Positions 41,160-50,832 of a DNA stretch of 64,000 bases are shown here, piece after piece. Source of the DNA: Alphaproteobacteria bacterium. GTDB lineage: Bacteria > Pseudomonadota > Alphaproteobacteria > Rhizobiales > JAKIUO01. Made by a program: the position numbers and the translations under genes. The notes beneath the pieces are model-generated. The model saw nothing but the letters and a program-made list of their open reading frames with translations. It was not told the DNA's origin and did no database searches. Location of the stretch: contig JAJRPI010000019.1 in assembly GCA_024280895.1 (NCBI GenBank), positions 15,556 to 79,555 of the forward strand. Direction: 5' to 3'. The first letter of the stretch is position 1. Each line of letters starts with the position of its first letter.

Positions 41160-42467
41160 ATGATCCCCCGCTATTCCCGTAAAGAGATGACAGACATCTG
41201 GTCCCCAGAAAGCAAATTTCGCATCTGGTTCGAAATCGAGGCCCACGCTGCTGATGCGCTTGCGAAAATGGGGGTGATCCCGTTGGAAGCCGCCAAGGTG
41301 ATCTGGGATAAAGGTGGCGCTGCGACCTTCGATATTGACCGTATCGACGAGATAGAGCGTGAAGTCAAACATGACGTCATTGCCTTCTTGACCCATTTGT
41401 CTGAGATCGTTGGCGATGAAGCCCGCTTCATCCATCAGGGCATGACCTCGTCGGATGTGCTCGATACCTGTTTCAATGTCCAGCTCACCAAGGCCGCCGA
41501 TTTGATGATCGCCGATCTCGACCGGCTTCTTGAAGCGCTCAAGGAACGCGCCTACGAATATAAAAATGCCGTTTGCATTGGCCGCTCCCATGCGATCCAT
41601 GCCGAGCCCATCACCTTTGGCCTTAAAATGGCAACCGCTTACGCTGAGTTTGATCGCGCCAAAAAGCGCCTGATCCTTGCACGAGAAGAGATCGCCACTT
41701 GTGCCATCTCCGGGGCCGTTGGTACCTTCGCCAATATTGACCCGCAGGTTGAAGCCCATGTTGCGCAAAAAATGGGACTGAGCGCCGAACCTATCTCCAC
41801 CCAGGTCATCCCGCGCGATCGCCACGCCATGTTTTTTGCAACCCTTGGCGTCATCGCCAGCTCTGTTGAGCGTCTATCTGTTGAGATCCGACATCTGGAA
41901 CGAACCGAGGTGCTGGAAGCAGAGGAATTTTTCTCGCCAGGGCAAAAAGGTTCTTCCGCCATGCCCCACAAGCGCAACCCGATCCTCACTGAAAACCTCA
42001 CAGGTCTGGCTCGTATGGTCCGCGCCTATGCCCTGCCCGCCATGGAAAATGTGGCGCTTTGGCATGAACGTGATATCTCCCACTCGTCTGTTGAGCGCAT
42101 GGTCGGGCCTGATGCGACCATCACCCTTGACTTTGCTCTAACACGCTTGTCTGGCGTCATTGAAAAACTCATCGTTTATCCTGGCCGCATGCAAGAAAAC
42201 ATGGATAAGCTGGGCGGCCTCATGCACTCCCAGCGCGTCCTGCTGGCGCTGACCCAAGCCGGTGTATCGCGCGAAGATGCCTATAGCATCGTGCAGCGCA
42301 ATGCCATGAAAGTATGGGAGCAACAAAAGGATTTTCTCACCGAGCTCAAAGCAGATAGTGATGTCACGGATGCTTTGTCGCCAGAAGAACTGGAAGACAA
42401 GTTTGATCTTGGCTATCACACCAAACATGTCGATACGATCTTTTCACGGGTATTTGATCAAAGCTAA
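41160..42467 (+). CDS. purB: Adenylosuccinate lyase
   Basis: MIPRYSR, TSSD, GSSAMPHKRNP. Confidence 0.97.
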   Translation: MIPRYSRKEMTDIWSPESKFRIWFEIEAHAADALAKMGVIPLEAAKVIWDKGGAATFDIDRIDEIEREVKHDVIAFLTHLSEIVGDEARFIHQGMTSSDVLDTCFNVQLTKAADLMIADLDRLLEALKERAYEYKNAVCIGRSHAIHAEPITFGLKMATAYAEFDRAKKRLILAREEIATCAISGAVGTFANIDPQVEAHVAQKMGLSAEPISTQVIPRDRHAMFFATLGVIASSVERLSVEIRHLERTEVLEAEEFFSPGQKGSSAMPHKRNPILTENLTGLARMVRAYALPAMENVALWHERDISHSSVERMVGPDATITLDFALTRLSGVIEKLIVYPGRMQENMDKLGGLMHSQRVLLALTQAGVSREDAYSIVQRNAMKVWEQQKDFLTELKADSDVTDALSPEELEDKFDLGYHTKHVDTIFSRVFDQS

Positions 42468-42568
42468 ATCTGGCGGGGTGATTCCAGCATTTCATGACTG
42501 GACTTGCCCCGGCTGTAATGATAGCTTTCTTCTCCATCCAACAGGGGCAATGATCGCCCCTTCCCTAT

Positions 42569-42644
<76 letters not shown>

Positions 42645-42651
42645 AGGGGGA

Positions 42652-43899
42652 TCACATCTGCGTATTGGCGATATAGCTTTCCGCAATGCGATTGGGGCTT
42701 TTCATCAGGCGTTCTTTCCAGACACCAAGTTTGGTGCGGGACTGAATGAGACCGCGCAATATGCCGATATTGTCGGTGCGACCAATTGTTAGAGCACCGA
42801 TTAGTCGGTCACCCTCGAAGGCCAGATTAGTGTAACGATAGCGCTCTGCGTCAATCGATTGGGCACTTTCCCCTCCCTCAACGCCTTGCCATTGTCCAAA
42901 GGACGAGGATATCAGCCCTGCCGTATCCAGCACATTCATATTGAGACTGCCTTTGTAAGCCGCTTTGCGACCTGCCATATTGAGTGCTGCTATATGGCCA
43001 TGCTCGGTGGCGGTTGGCTGGATGGCATGCACGGACCAAAGCCCGGTAAAGAAATCTCGCCCCTGCGCACAATCGCCAGCCGCATATATATCGGTCAGGC
43101 TGGTCTGCATATGGTGATCGACCTTGATGCCCTCTTCGATCTCCAGCCCCATATCACTGGCGAAATCAATATTGGCTTTGACACCAGTTGCGACGACCAC
43201 AAGATCAACAACATCGCTATCGCCACTATCCAGAGTGACTTCAAGTTTGCCCCCCGCATCTGCGACACTGGCAACACGCGTTGACGTCAAAATGGTCATG
43301 CCTTTATGTTCGCACCAACTTTTGAGCATATTGCCAGCAACATCATCCATCATGCGTGGCACCATACGATCCTCGGCCTCGATCACTGTTAGTTTGGCGC
43401 CGCGCGACATAAGTGCTTCGAGAATAATACAGCCGATAAATCCCGCCCCCATCAAAACAATATTAGCACCATCCCCGGCCCGCGCGGCGATGGCTTTGGC
43501 ATCATCAAGCGTCCAGCAATGATGAACACCGGGCAGATCCAATCCCGGCAAAGGTGGCTTTATAGGGCTGGCACCGGTGGCAATCAGTAATTTCCCATAA
43601 GAAACACGCCCGCCGCTAGCCAAATGGAGATGCTTTTTTTGCGGATCCACATGCGTGACTGTGGCATGATATAGCGTGATATTATGCTGCTTGTAATGCT
43701 CACTCGATTTACGCAGATAGGTGCCCTTTTGCGAGATTTGGCCAGTAAGAAAATAAGGCAGAGCCATACGCGAGTAAGGTGAAATATTCTCGCGAGAAAT
43801 AATGGCTATCGTCCCATCCCGGTCAGAACGGCGCAAGGTCTCCGCCGCCGCAACTGCTGCCGGGCCAGCACCAATAATGACATAATCTGCCTGTTTCAT
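42652..43899 (-). CDS. aorC: FAD/NAD-dependent oxidoreductase, AorC-like subunit
   Basis: IIGAGPAA, LLIATGA, GAGFIG, IYAAGD; directly downstream of AOR; start MKQA (track ORF over-extended). Confidence 0.8.
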   Translation of the reverse strand: MKQADYVIIGAGPAAVAAAETLRRSDRDGTIAIISRENISPYSRMALPYFLTGQISQKGTYLRKSSEHYKQHNITLYHATVTHVDPQKKHLHLASGGRVSYGKLLIATGASPIKPPLPGLDLPGVHHCWTLDDAKAIAARAGDGANIVLMGAGFIGCIILEALMSRGAKLTVIEAEDRMVPRMMDDVAGNMLKSWCEHKGMTILTSTRVASVADAGGKLEVTLDSGDSDVVDLVVVATGVKANIDFASDMGLEIEEGIKVDHHMQTSLTDIYAAGDCAQGRDFFTGLWSVHAIQPTATEHGHIAALNMAGRKAAYKGSLNMNVLDTAGLISSSFGQWQGVEGGESAQSIDAERYRYTNLAFEGDRLIGALTIGRTDNIGILRGLIQSRTKLGVWKERLMKSPNRIAESYIANTQM

Positions 43900-43951
43900 A
43901 TTGTTCTCAATCCAGATAGCTTTGCGATAATCATGGCGTAGTGTGATTGAA

Positions 43952-45799
43952 CTACAGTCCAAATTTTGTGAGGGTCTCTGGCGTTGGCACACCGTCAGCC
44001 GACCAGCCACGCAGCTGATAATATTCTGGTAACATGGTCTCCAGACCTGAAACCTTGCCTTTTGCAGGACCGGTTTTGGCCGCATCTTTCAGCAAACGCG
44101 CTGGCAGATTATCATCGGCACCTGTGAACCCGGCCGCCAGGTTAAACTGGCGCTCCATATTCCAAATACGCTCTCCAAGTTCCAACAAACGGTCGGCCGA
44201 CCAATCCCCTTCACAAGCCGCATCGATTTGTGGTGCAACATCATCAAGGGTCCAGGCAAAAGAAGAGAAAATGCAAATACCAGCTGAATCAAACGCTGCT
44301 GTTGCATCTTGAAACGCCTTGACCAATCCGGCCTTACCATCCGTTTCCAATGGATCAGTTTTAACAGGAATACCAAGAATTTCCGATGCAATGGTATAGC
44401 CGCGCAAATGACAGGCCCCACGATTTGACGTGGCGTATGCAAGGCCAATACCCTGAATGCCGCGCCCATCATAGGCTGGGAATTCTTGCCCCTTGACGCC
44501 CATAGACAATTCGGGCTTGCCATATTTTTCGCACAGGCGTTTTGAACCAAGGCCAAGTTCAACTCCAAAACCTTGCGATTTGCAGGTCTGCTCAACCATT
44601 GTTGTCAGCGCCTCGGCACTGCCAAAGTTAAGCTTCACGCCGCCGGTGTTCTCATCATTGATGACACCCATTTCATAGAGTTCCATCGCGGCGGCCAGTG
44701 TGGCGCCAAAGGTGATGGGATCAATGCCATGTTCGTTGCAAAGGAAATTTGCAAACGTCAAAGCATCCAGATCATTGACGCCGCAAGCTGCACCAAGCGA
44801 CCATGCGGCTTCATATTCAAGGCCGCCAGATGCTTTGTGATATTCAGGACGATCTTTCACGGTGTAATGAGTGCGATCAATGGTCGAGACACGCTGACAG
44901 GCAATCGTGCACGCGAAACAGGCCGCATTGCTCACAAGATTGGGTTTGCCATCCGATTTGCGCGGCTCGTGCATGGCTTCGCCAGAAATATCATGCGCAT
45001 CTTCAAACTGAATATCCTTATGGTTTCGGGTTGGCAGTGCCCCGGATTCATTAATGACATTCATCAGCACTTGTGTGCCGTAAGTTGGCAATCCCGTACC
45101 GGTGACAGGATTGTCCGCCAGCACTTGTTTGCCAGCCGCAACAGCGGTGGCAAACCTTTCACGGTCCTTGACCTTCACGCCAAGCGTGCCGCGTATGGCA
45201 ACTGCCTTTAGATTTTTAGAACCCATCACAGTGCCAACGCCAGAGCGCCCGGCGGCGCGGTCCATATCATTTATGATACAGGCATATTTCACACCATTTT
45301 CACCAGCCCCACCAATGGAGGCAACACGGATAAACGCATCGCCATGCTTGGCTTTGATCCCCTCTTCAGTGTCCCAGCAAGAGGCACCTTTATATTGCGC
45401 GGCATCGATCAATTCGGCTTTGTCATCTTGTATCAACAAATAAACCAGCTTGTCGGACTTACCCTCGAAAATAATCATGTCCCAGCCGGCATTTTTCATT
45501 TCATTACCGAAAAACCCGCCTGAATTAGAGCAGGCAATAGCACCGGTCAGCTCCCCCTTGGTGATCACCGAATAGCGCCCGCCTGTCGACGCGCTGGTAC
45601 CCGTCAAAGGTCCCGTTGCCATAATCATTTTATTTTCGGGGGATAGAGGATCAACTTTAGGGTCGATTTCACTCATCAGATATTTTGTTGCCAAGCCGCG
45701 CTGCCCAAGATAGTCAGCTGCCCATTGCATGTTCAGTGGTTCTGAAGTGCATGTCCCAGCTGTCAGGTCGACCCTGAGGATTTTTCCCGTCCAAGCCAT
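43952..45799 (-). CDS. aorB: Tungsten-dependent aldehyde:ferredoxin oxidoreductase catalytic subunit
   Basis: G.ILRVDLT, SNSGG.FG, AAGR.G.G.VMGSKNLKA, CFACTIAC, EYE, RGACH. Confidence 0.92.
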   Translation of the reverse strand: MAWTGKILRVDLTAGTCTSEPLNMQWAADYLGQRGLATKYLMSEIDPKVDPLSPENKMIMATGPLTGTSASTGGRYSVITKGELTGAIACSNSGGFFGNEMKNAGWDMIIFEGKSDKLVYLLIQDDKAELIDAAQYKGASCWDTEEGIKAKHGDAFIRVASIGGAGENGVKYACIINDMDRAAGRSGVGTVMGSKNLKAVAIRGTLGVKVKDRERFATAVAAGKQVLADNPVTGTGLPTYGTQVLMNVINESGALPTRNHKDIQFEDAHDISGEAMHEPRKSDGKPNLVSNAACFACTIACQRVSTIDRTHYTVKDRPEYHKASGGLEYEAAWSLGAACGVNDLDALTFANFLCNEHGIDPITFGATLAAAMELYEMGVINDENTGGVKLNFGSAEALTTMVEQTCKSQGFGVELGLGSKRLCEKYGKPELSMGVKGQEFPAYDGRGIQGIGLAYATSNRGACHLRGYTIASEILGIPVKTDPLETDGKAGLVKAFQDATAAFDSAGICIFSSFAWTLDDVAPQIDAACEGDWSADRLLELGERIWNMERQFNLAAGFTGADDNLPARLLKDAAKTGPAKGKVSGLETMLPEYYQLRGWSADGVPTPETLTKFGL

Positions 45800-45817
45800 A
45801 TTTTCGTTCCTTGTGAA

Positions 45818-46294
45818 TTAGTTTGATTGCTGCGTACCGGCGTCGGTTTTACCGGCCCAGGCGCGCATTTTGTCAAATTGAGCGGTATCGGAATTTACAA
45901 ATGTAATGGCGCTGGTTGGACAGGCCTTGACACAGGCTGGATCGCCGCCGCACAGATCGCATTTTATAACCTTACCACTGTCTGCATTATAATTGATTGT
46001 GCCAAACGGACAGGCGATCGTGCAAACCTTGCAACCAACACATAAAGCCTCTGAGACCACTTTGGCGCCGTTGGCATCGACAGAGATCGCGTCGGTCGGG
46101 CAAGCCTTCTGGCACCAGGCCTCGTCGCATTGCGTACAAGTGTAAGGAACATATCGGCCTTCATCTTCAAATTTAAAAACCTGAATAACAGATTTCATTG
46201 GATTGAAATCATAGCCGTGCTCATCGGAACAGGCGAGAACGCATTGATAGCATCCGGTACAGTCGTCGGCACTAATGTGGAGTGATTTTTGCAA
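45818..46294 (-). CDS. aorA: Four-cluster 4Fe-4S ferredoxin subunit AorA
   Basis: Four Cys groups (16 Cys); probable TTG start (MQKSLHI) after GAGGA RBS. Confidence 0.85.
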   Translation of the reverse strand: MQKSLHISADDCTGCYQCVLACSDEHGYDFNPMKSVIQVFKFEDEGRYVPYTCTQCDEAWCQKACPTDAISVDANGAKVVSEALCVGCKVCTIACPFGTINYNADSGKVIKCDLCGGDPACVKACPTSAITFVNSDTAQFDKMRAWAGKTDAGTQQSN

Positions 46295-46506
46295 TTGTTT
46301 TTTTCCTCTCGAGCCAGAATCTGACATTCAAAATATGAAGAGACTAAAAAAATACTACAGGATAATGCAATCATATAAAAGTCATTGTTGCATGTCGTTC
46401 AAAGGTTTAAAACATTGCAATATTTGAATGGGATAAATTTGATGTGCATTGACAATTAGATGCTGTTTATTGACACTAAAGAAAGCGATCTTCCAAAGGA
46501 CATATA

Positions 46507-46761
46507 ATGCATCAGATCAAGGTTAAGCTATTTGCGCATTTAACGCAGTTTATGCCGCAAGCAGGTGTCAAAGGGGAAGCTCCTTATGATTGTGCAAAGG
46601 ATAGCACCGTCAATTCTGTTCTGCGAGAGCTGCACGTGCCGTTAGAGCATTGCCATCTGGTGCTGGTCAACGGCCTGTTTATTCATCCAGAACAACGTGA
46701 CCTGCACGAGCTTGTCAAAGGTGATACGCTGGCGGTCTGGCCCCCCATTGCGGGAGGCTGA
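46507..46761 (+). CDS. MoaD/ThiS-family sulfur carrier (AorD-like)
   Basis: VKLFA.L, LVNG, C-terminal PPIAGG. Confidence 0.88.
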   Translation: MHQIKVKLFAHLTQFMPQAGVKGEAPYDCAKDSTVNSVLRELHVPLEHCHLVLVNGLFIHPEQRDLHELVKGDTLAVWPPIAGG

Positions 46762-46769
46762 TACTCCTG

Positions 46770-47063
46770 ATGACCTCCCCCCAAATCGACATGGACATGA
46801 CGACAACTCGCGCAGAGTTTTTTCGTAATCTCAAAGTCGCCATGCGCGATATGAGCTCAACCATTGACGGTGATAATGTTCGAGTGGTTTGCGACGACCG
46901 CGAAATCATTCTGAAATTGTCCCCCATGACTCCTCTGGTCATCGGCCCCACTCTTGAACTTGAACGTTGGAACCTGGCGATTGAGTTTAGGGGGCAGAGC
47001 GATGAACAGCGAACCGCCTTTATGAAGACCTTCAAGCGCGCTTTCCATCGCGGAGGCGGCTAG
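46770..47063 (+). CDS. Small hypothetical protein ending RGGG (AorE-like)
   Basis: 97 aa, 8 nt after the MoaD-like gene, C-terminal F..AFHRGGG. Confidence 0.7.
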   Translation: MTSPQIDMDMTTTRAEFFRNLKVAMRDMSSTIDGDNVRVVCDDREIILKLSPMTPLVIGPTLELERWNLAIEFRGQSDEQRTAFMKTFKRAFHRGGG

Positions 47064-47073
47064 GCCGCAAAGC

Positions 47074-48291
47074 CTAGAGCAGACCCTCATAGGGATAAAA
47101 TTCGATCAAATCCCCTTTGGTGATCGTACACTCTTCTGCAACGACGCCAAGGCCGTTTGACTGGCTCGCAGAGCTCAATACCGCAGAAGACTGATTATTG
47201 AAGGGAATGGCGGTGAGCTGGCCGTCTTGCACTTCCAGACGGCAACGCAAAAATTGCCGCCGTGATTGTGCTTTTGGCTGGTCAAAGCCTGCCGCGACCT
47301 TAAAACTTTGCGGTCTTGACGCATTGGCACCCGCAAGTTTCAACAAAAATGGTTGCGCCAATATCAAATAAGTCACGAAAACGGACACCGGATTTCCGGG
47401 CAGTCCCATATAGGGGGTTTGCTTCTCGCTCACAGTGTTTAGATGTCCAAAAACCAACGGTTTTCCAGGCTTGATATTGATGCGCCACAGATTGAGCTTG
47501 CCGGCTTTATCGAGGGCTTCTCGCAAATAATCTTTTTCACCAACCGACACGCCGCCGCTGGTAATCACCATATCTGAGTTTTGCGCGGCTTCCGCAAGCT
47601 TTGTTTGTGTTTGCTCAAGGTCATCGGCGACAATTCCAAAGTCCATCAGCTCGCAGCCTGATCGCTTTATCAGTGCGCCGAGTTGATAGCGATTTGAATT
47701 ATAGATTTGACCGGTTTCAAGTGGTTCGCCGGGTTCTTTTAATTCGTCGCCTGTTGAAAAAATAGCCACGCGCGGACGCCTGACCACCGACAAAGTCGCG
47801 GCCCCCATTGAAGCCGCCAGTCCCACATCTTGGGGCTGCATTCTGTGGCCCGCTTGCAAAACAACCTGCCCCTTGGCAATGTCTTCTCCTCGACGACCGA
47901 TAAACTGATTGGGCTCAACCGATAGGGTAAAGCTAACTATATTGCCGTCCGATTTCGTGTTTTCCTGCATCACCACACTATCAGCGCCAGCTGGCAAGAA
48001 AGCGCCTGTAAAAATACGCGCAGCCGTGCCTTGTGCCAACGGGTTGGCCGCATGGCCAGCAGCAATGACCTGCGAGATCGCCAGGGGTTTGCTACACTCA
48101 TCGGCGCGCACCGCATAGCCATCCATACGGCTATTGTCAAAAGCTGGCACATCAAACGGAGAAATAAGATCGTGCGCTAAAACGCGGCCACTAGCCTTGC
48201 CCAGCGAGACTATTTCGCAATCCTCAAGAGGCTGCGCGCTTTGTTCCAGAATATCGAGAACCTCTTCAAGAGGGGTAAGCTTATGCTGCAT
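47074..48291 (-). CDS. moeA: Molybdopterin molybdo/tungsto-transferase MoeA (paralog 2)
   Basis: P.FDNSRMDGYA, STGDEL, SGGVSVG, IKPGKP, LPGNPVS. Confidence 0.93.
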   Translation of the reverse strand: MQHKLTPLEEVLDILEQSAQPLEDCEIVSLGKASGRVLAHDLISPFDVPAFDNSRMDGYAVRADECSKPLAISQVIAAGHAANPLAQGTAARIFTGAFLPAGADSVVMQENTKSDGNIVSFTLSVEPNQFIGRRGEDIAKGQVVLQAGHRMQPQDVGLAASMGAATLSVVRRPRVAIFSTGDELKEPGEPLETGQIYNSNRYQLGALIKRSGCELMDFGIVADDLEQTQTKLAEAAQNSDMVITSGGVSVGEKDYLREALDKAGKLNLWRINIKPGKPLVFGHLNTVSEKQTPYMGLPGNPVSVFVTYLILAQPFLLKLAGANASRPQSFKVAAGFDQPKAQSRRQFLRCRLEVQDGQLTAIPFNNQSSAVLSSASQSNGLGVVAEECTITKGDLIEFYPYEGLL

Positions 48292-48322
48292 CTGCTTTTT
48301 GTCCGCTCACTATTGTATTTTA

Positions 48323-49594
48323 TTACAAGCCAAAACTGCCAAATGGTATGAAGTCGACCAACTCGCCCTGCTTGACCTCGACCACATCTTCATCAAGCTC
48401 GATAAATCCGTCCGCCTCTGTCAAGGACGAGATCAATCCCGAGCCATCACGCGCATATTTATTGACGAGCATCTGGCCATCTTGCTGGTACTCCAGCACA
48501 CCGCGCAAAAACTCTCGGCGGCCCGGCTTTTTACTCATGAAAAATCCAGACCGGACTTTGTAGCGCATAGGTGGCTGCCATTTTTGCCCTGACAGCGTCG
48601 TGAGCACGGGTTGCCCATAAAGTAAAAAACACAAGAATGCCGCAACGGGATTGCCGGGCAAACCAAGCATCAAGCAATTGCCGATCTGACCAAAACTCAT
48701 GGGCCGCCCCGGCTTGACGGCGATTTTCCAAAGATGTACGGATCCAAGCTTGTTCAAGGCTTCGAGCACAAAGTCCAGCTCCCCGACACTGACGCCGCCA
48801 GACGTCAGTAATATATCATGAGTTTGCGCAGCCTTTGATAGAGCCGCCTCGATCAGTGCCGCATCATCGGGCAATACGCCAAGGTCATCGCAAAAAGCGC
48901 CCGTTTTAGCGACCAAGCCGCGCAACATGGCGGCATTGCTATCATAGACCTTGCCATGCTCAAAAGGCGTGCCGGGGCGGATCACTTCATCTCCGGTTGA
49001 AAATATTGCCACCTTCAGGGGGCGATAGCACTCGATACTCGCCGCGCCGCTCGAGGCGATGGCCGCCAGATCTTGGGGAGACAAACACCGGTTAGCAGCC
49101 AACACGGTGGCGCCCTCGCGCACATCCTCTCCCGCCAATCGGACATTAGCCCCTCGCTTAAGGCCAGCGGGTATTTTTACCTTATCGCCTTCACTGGTCG
49201 AGACCAATTCCACGTCTTCTTGCATGACGACCGTTTCATAGCCCTCTGGCACAGGTGCGCCGGTAAAAATACGGATGGCACATGCTCGCTTCGCCGTTCC
49301 CTCGAGCCCGGAACCAGCTGCCATCACGCCAGTGACTGGAAACAGCTTACCTGCCTGAGGATCATAGTCAGCATAAGAGAACCCATAGCCATCAACGGCG
49401 CTATTGGTATGTGCTGGAATATTGCGCGGAGCCAGAACGGGTGCCGCCAACACTTCACCCACGGCGTTTTCAAGGGCGACAGTGCGCCTCTCATTGATCG
49501 GTGTGAGCACTCTGGTCAATTTTTCCAGGGCCTCTCCATGGGGCAGCATCGTCCCATCATGCGCGAAGCAATCATTCAGATTTTTTTTATCCAT
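48323..49594 (-). CDS. moeA: Molybdopterin molybdo/tungsto-transferase MoeA (paralog 1)
   Basis: NSAVDGY, STGDEV, SGGVSVG, VKPGRP, LPGNPVA. Confidence 0.93.
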   Translation of the reverse strand: MDKKNLNDCFAHDGTMLPHGEALEKLTRVLTPINERRTVALENAVGEVLAAPVLAPRNIPAHTNSAVDGYGFSYADYDPQAGKLFPVTGVMAAGSGLEGTAKRACAIRIFTGAPVPEGYETVVMQEDVELVSTSEGDKVKIPAGLKRGANVRLAGEDVREGATVLAANRCLSPQDLAAIASSGAASIECYRPLKVAIFSTGDEVIRPGTPFEHGKVYDSNAAMLRGLVAKTGAFCDDLGVLPDDAALIEAALSKAAQTHDILLTSGGVSVGELDFVLEALNKLGSVHLWKIAVKPGRPMSFGQIGNCLMLGLPGNPVAAFLCFLLYGQPVLTTLSGQKWQPPMRYKVRSGFFMSKKPGRREFLRGVLEYQQDGQMLVNKYARDGSGLISSLTEADGFIELDEDVVEVKQGELVDFIPFGSFGL

Positions 49595-49626
49595 ACGGCT
49601 GGGTCTCTTGCTACACCTTGTTGTTT

Positions 49627-49661
49627 TTAATGGGTCATCTTCTCTTAATGGGTCATCTTCT
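49627..49661. repeat. Tandem 17-18 bp duplication covering the tupA stop codon
   Basis: TTAATGGGTCATCTTCT(C) followed by TTAATGGGTCATCTTCT. Confidence 0.8.
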
Positions 49662-50484
49662 GGGCATTTGGAAAGAACAGCTGCTTGCCCTTGAGTTTGT
49701 AAGACGCGATGGCCGCCTGCCCCTTGGCCCCGGTCAGCCAGCCAATAAAATCCTGCCCCAGCAAGCTTTTTACATGCTTGTGCCTTTGGGGATTGATCAG
49801 CATAACGCCATATTGATTGAACAGACGCTTGTCGCCCTCGCTCAAAATCTTCAGCTTGCCCTTGTTTTGAAAAGCGATCCAGGTGGCGCGATCTGTGAGG
49901 GTATAGGCGTTCATTCCCGAAGCCAGATTGAGGGTGGCACCCATGCCGGAACCGGTTTCGCGATACCAGCGGCCACTGCTTTTGGCGACATCAATACCAG
50001 CCATTTTCCAAAGCTCACGTTCCTTTTTATTGGTACCGCTATCATCGCCTCTTGAAGCAAAGGCTGTTTTGGCGGAGGCTATTTTTCCAAGCGCGGCGAT
50101 AATATCTCTCTCGCCCGCGAGTTTGGCGGGATCTTCGCGCGGACCAACGATCACAAAATCATTATACATGACATCGAAACGTTTAACGCCATAGCCATCT
50201 GCAACGAATTTTTCTTCGGCAGATTTGGCATGCACCAGCAACACGTCACCATCACCATTGCGCCCGTTTTTTAACGCCTGTCCCGTACCAACCGCAACGA
50301 CATTCACGGTGATACCGGTCTGCTTTTTAAATAAGGGCAGAATGAAATCAAAAAGGCCGGAATTTTGCGTCGAGGTCGTTGACTGAACAATGATCGACTT
50401 TTGGGCGCCAGCATAGGCAACAGGCATCAGTGCAAGGCACGCCCACACAATGATACTGGCAAAACCGAGTATTCTCATGTTCAT
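49645..50484 (-). CDS. tupA: Tungstate ABC transporter substrate-binding protein
   Basis: STTSTQNSGL, VGTGQAL, LVHA, MYNDFV.VGP, SRGDDSGT; start MNMR after GGAGG. Confidence 0.92.
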   Translation of the reverse strand: MNMRILGFASIIVWACLALMPVAYAGAQKSIIVQSTTSTQNSGLFDFILPLFKKQTGITVNVVAVGTGQALKNGRNGDGDVLLVHAKSAEEKFVADGYGVKRFDVMYNDFVIVGPREDPAKLAGERDIIAALGKIASAKTAFASRGDDSGTNKKERELWKMAGIDVAKSSGRWYRETGSGMGATLNLASGMNAYTLTDRATWIAFQNKGKLKILSEGDKRLFNQYGVMLINPQRHKHVKSLLGQDFIGWLTGAKGQAAIASYKLKGKQLFFPNAQKMTH

Positions 50485-50506
50485 TTTAGGACCTCCAACA
50501 TCCTTG

Positions 50507-50806
50507 TCATATGACGGCCTTATCGGCTTTTTGATAGGCATCTCGTTGTTCTTGCGTCGATTCTATCTGGTATTTTTCCTTATATTCGTCATAAGGCATG
50601 CCATAGACGAATTCGCGAGCCTGATCATAGTCCATATCCAGGCCTTTCTCGACCGCTGCTTTCTTGACCCATTTGGACAAGCAGTTGCGACAAAAGCCCG
50701 CCAGGATCATCAAGTCGATATTTTGCACATCGGTGCGTTTACGTAAATGCTCCACCAGTCCGCGAAAAGCGGCGGCTTCAATTTCTGTTTGCGTTTGCTT
50801 GTCCAA
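50507..50806 (-). CDS. DUF1244 family protein
   Basis: EAAAFR.LV.HLR.R.DVQNIDLM.LAGFCRNCL.KW...YGMPY. Confidence 0.88.
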   Translation of the reverse strand: MDKQTQTEIEAAAFRGLVEHLRKRTDVQNIDLMILAGFCRNCLSKWVKKAAVEKGLDMDYDQAREFVYGMPYDEYKEKYQIESTQEQRDAYQKADKAVI

Positions 50807-50832
50807 TTTTATGGCTCCTTGTTGTGAACAAT

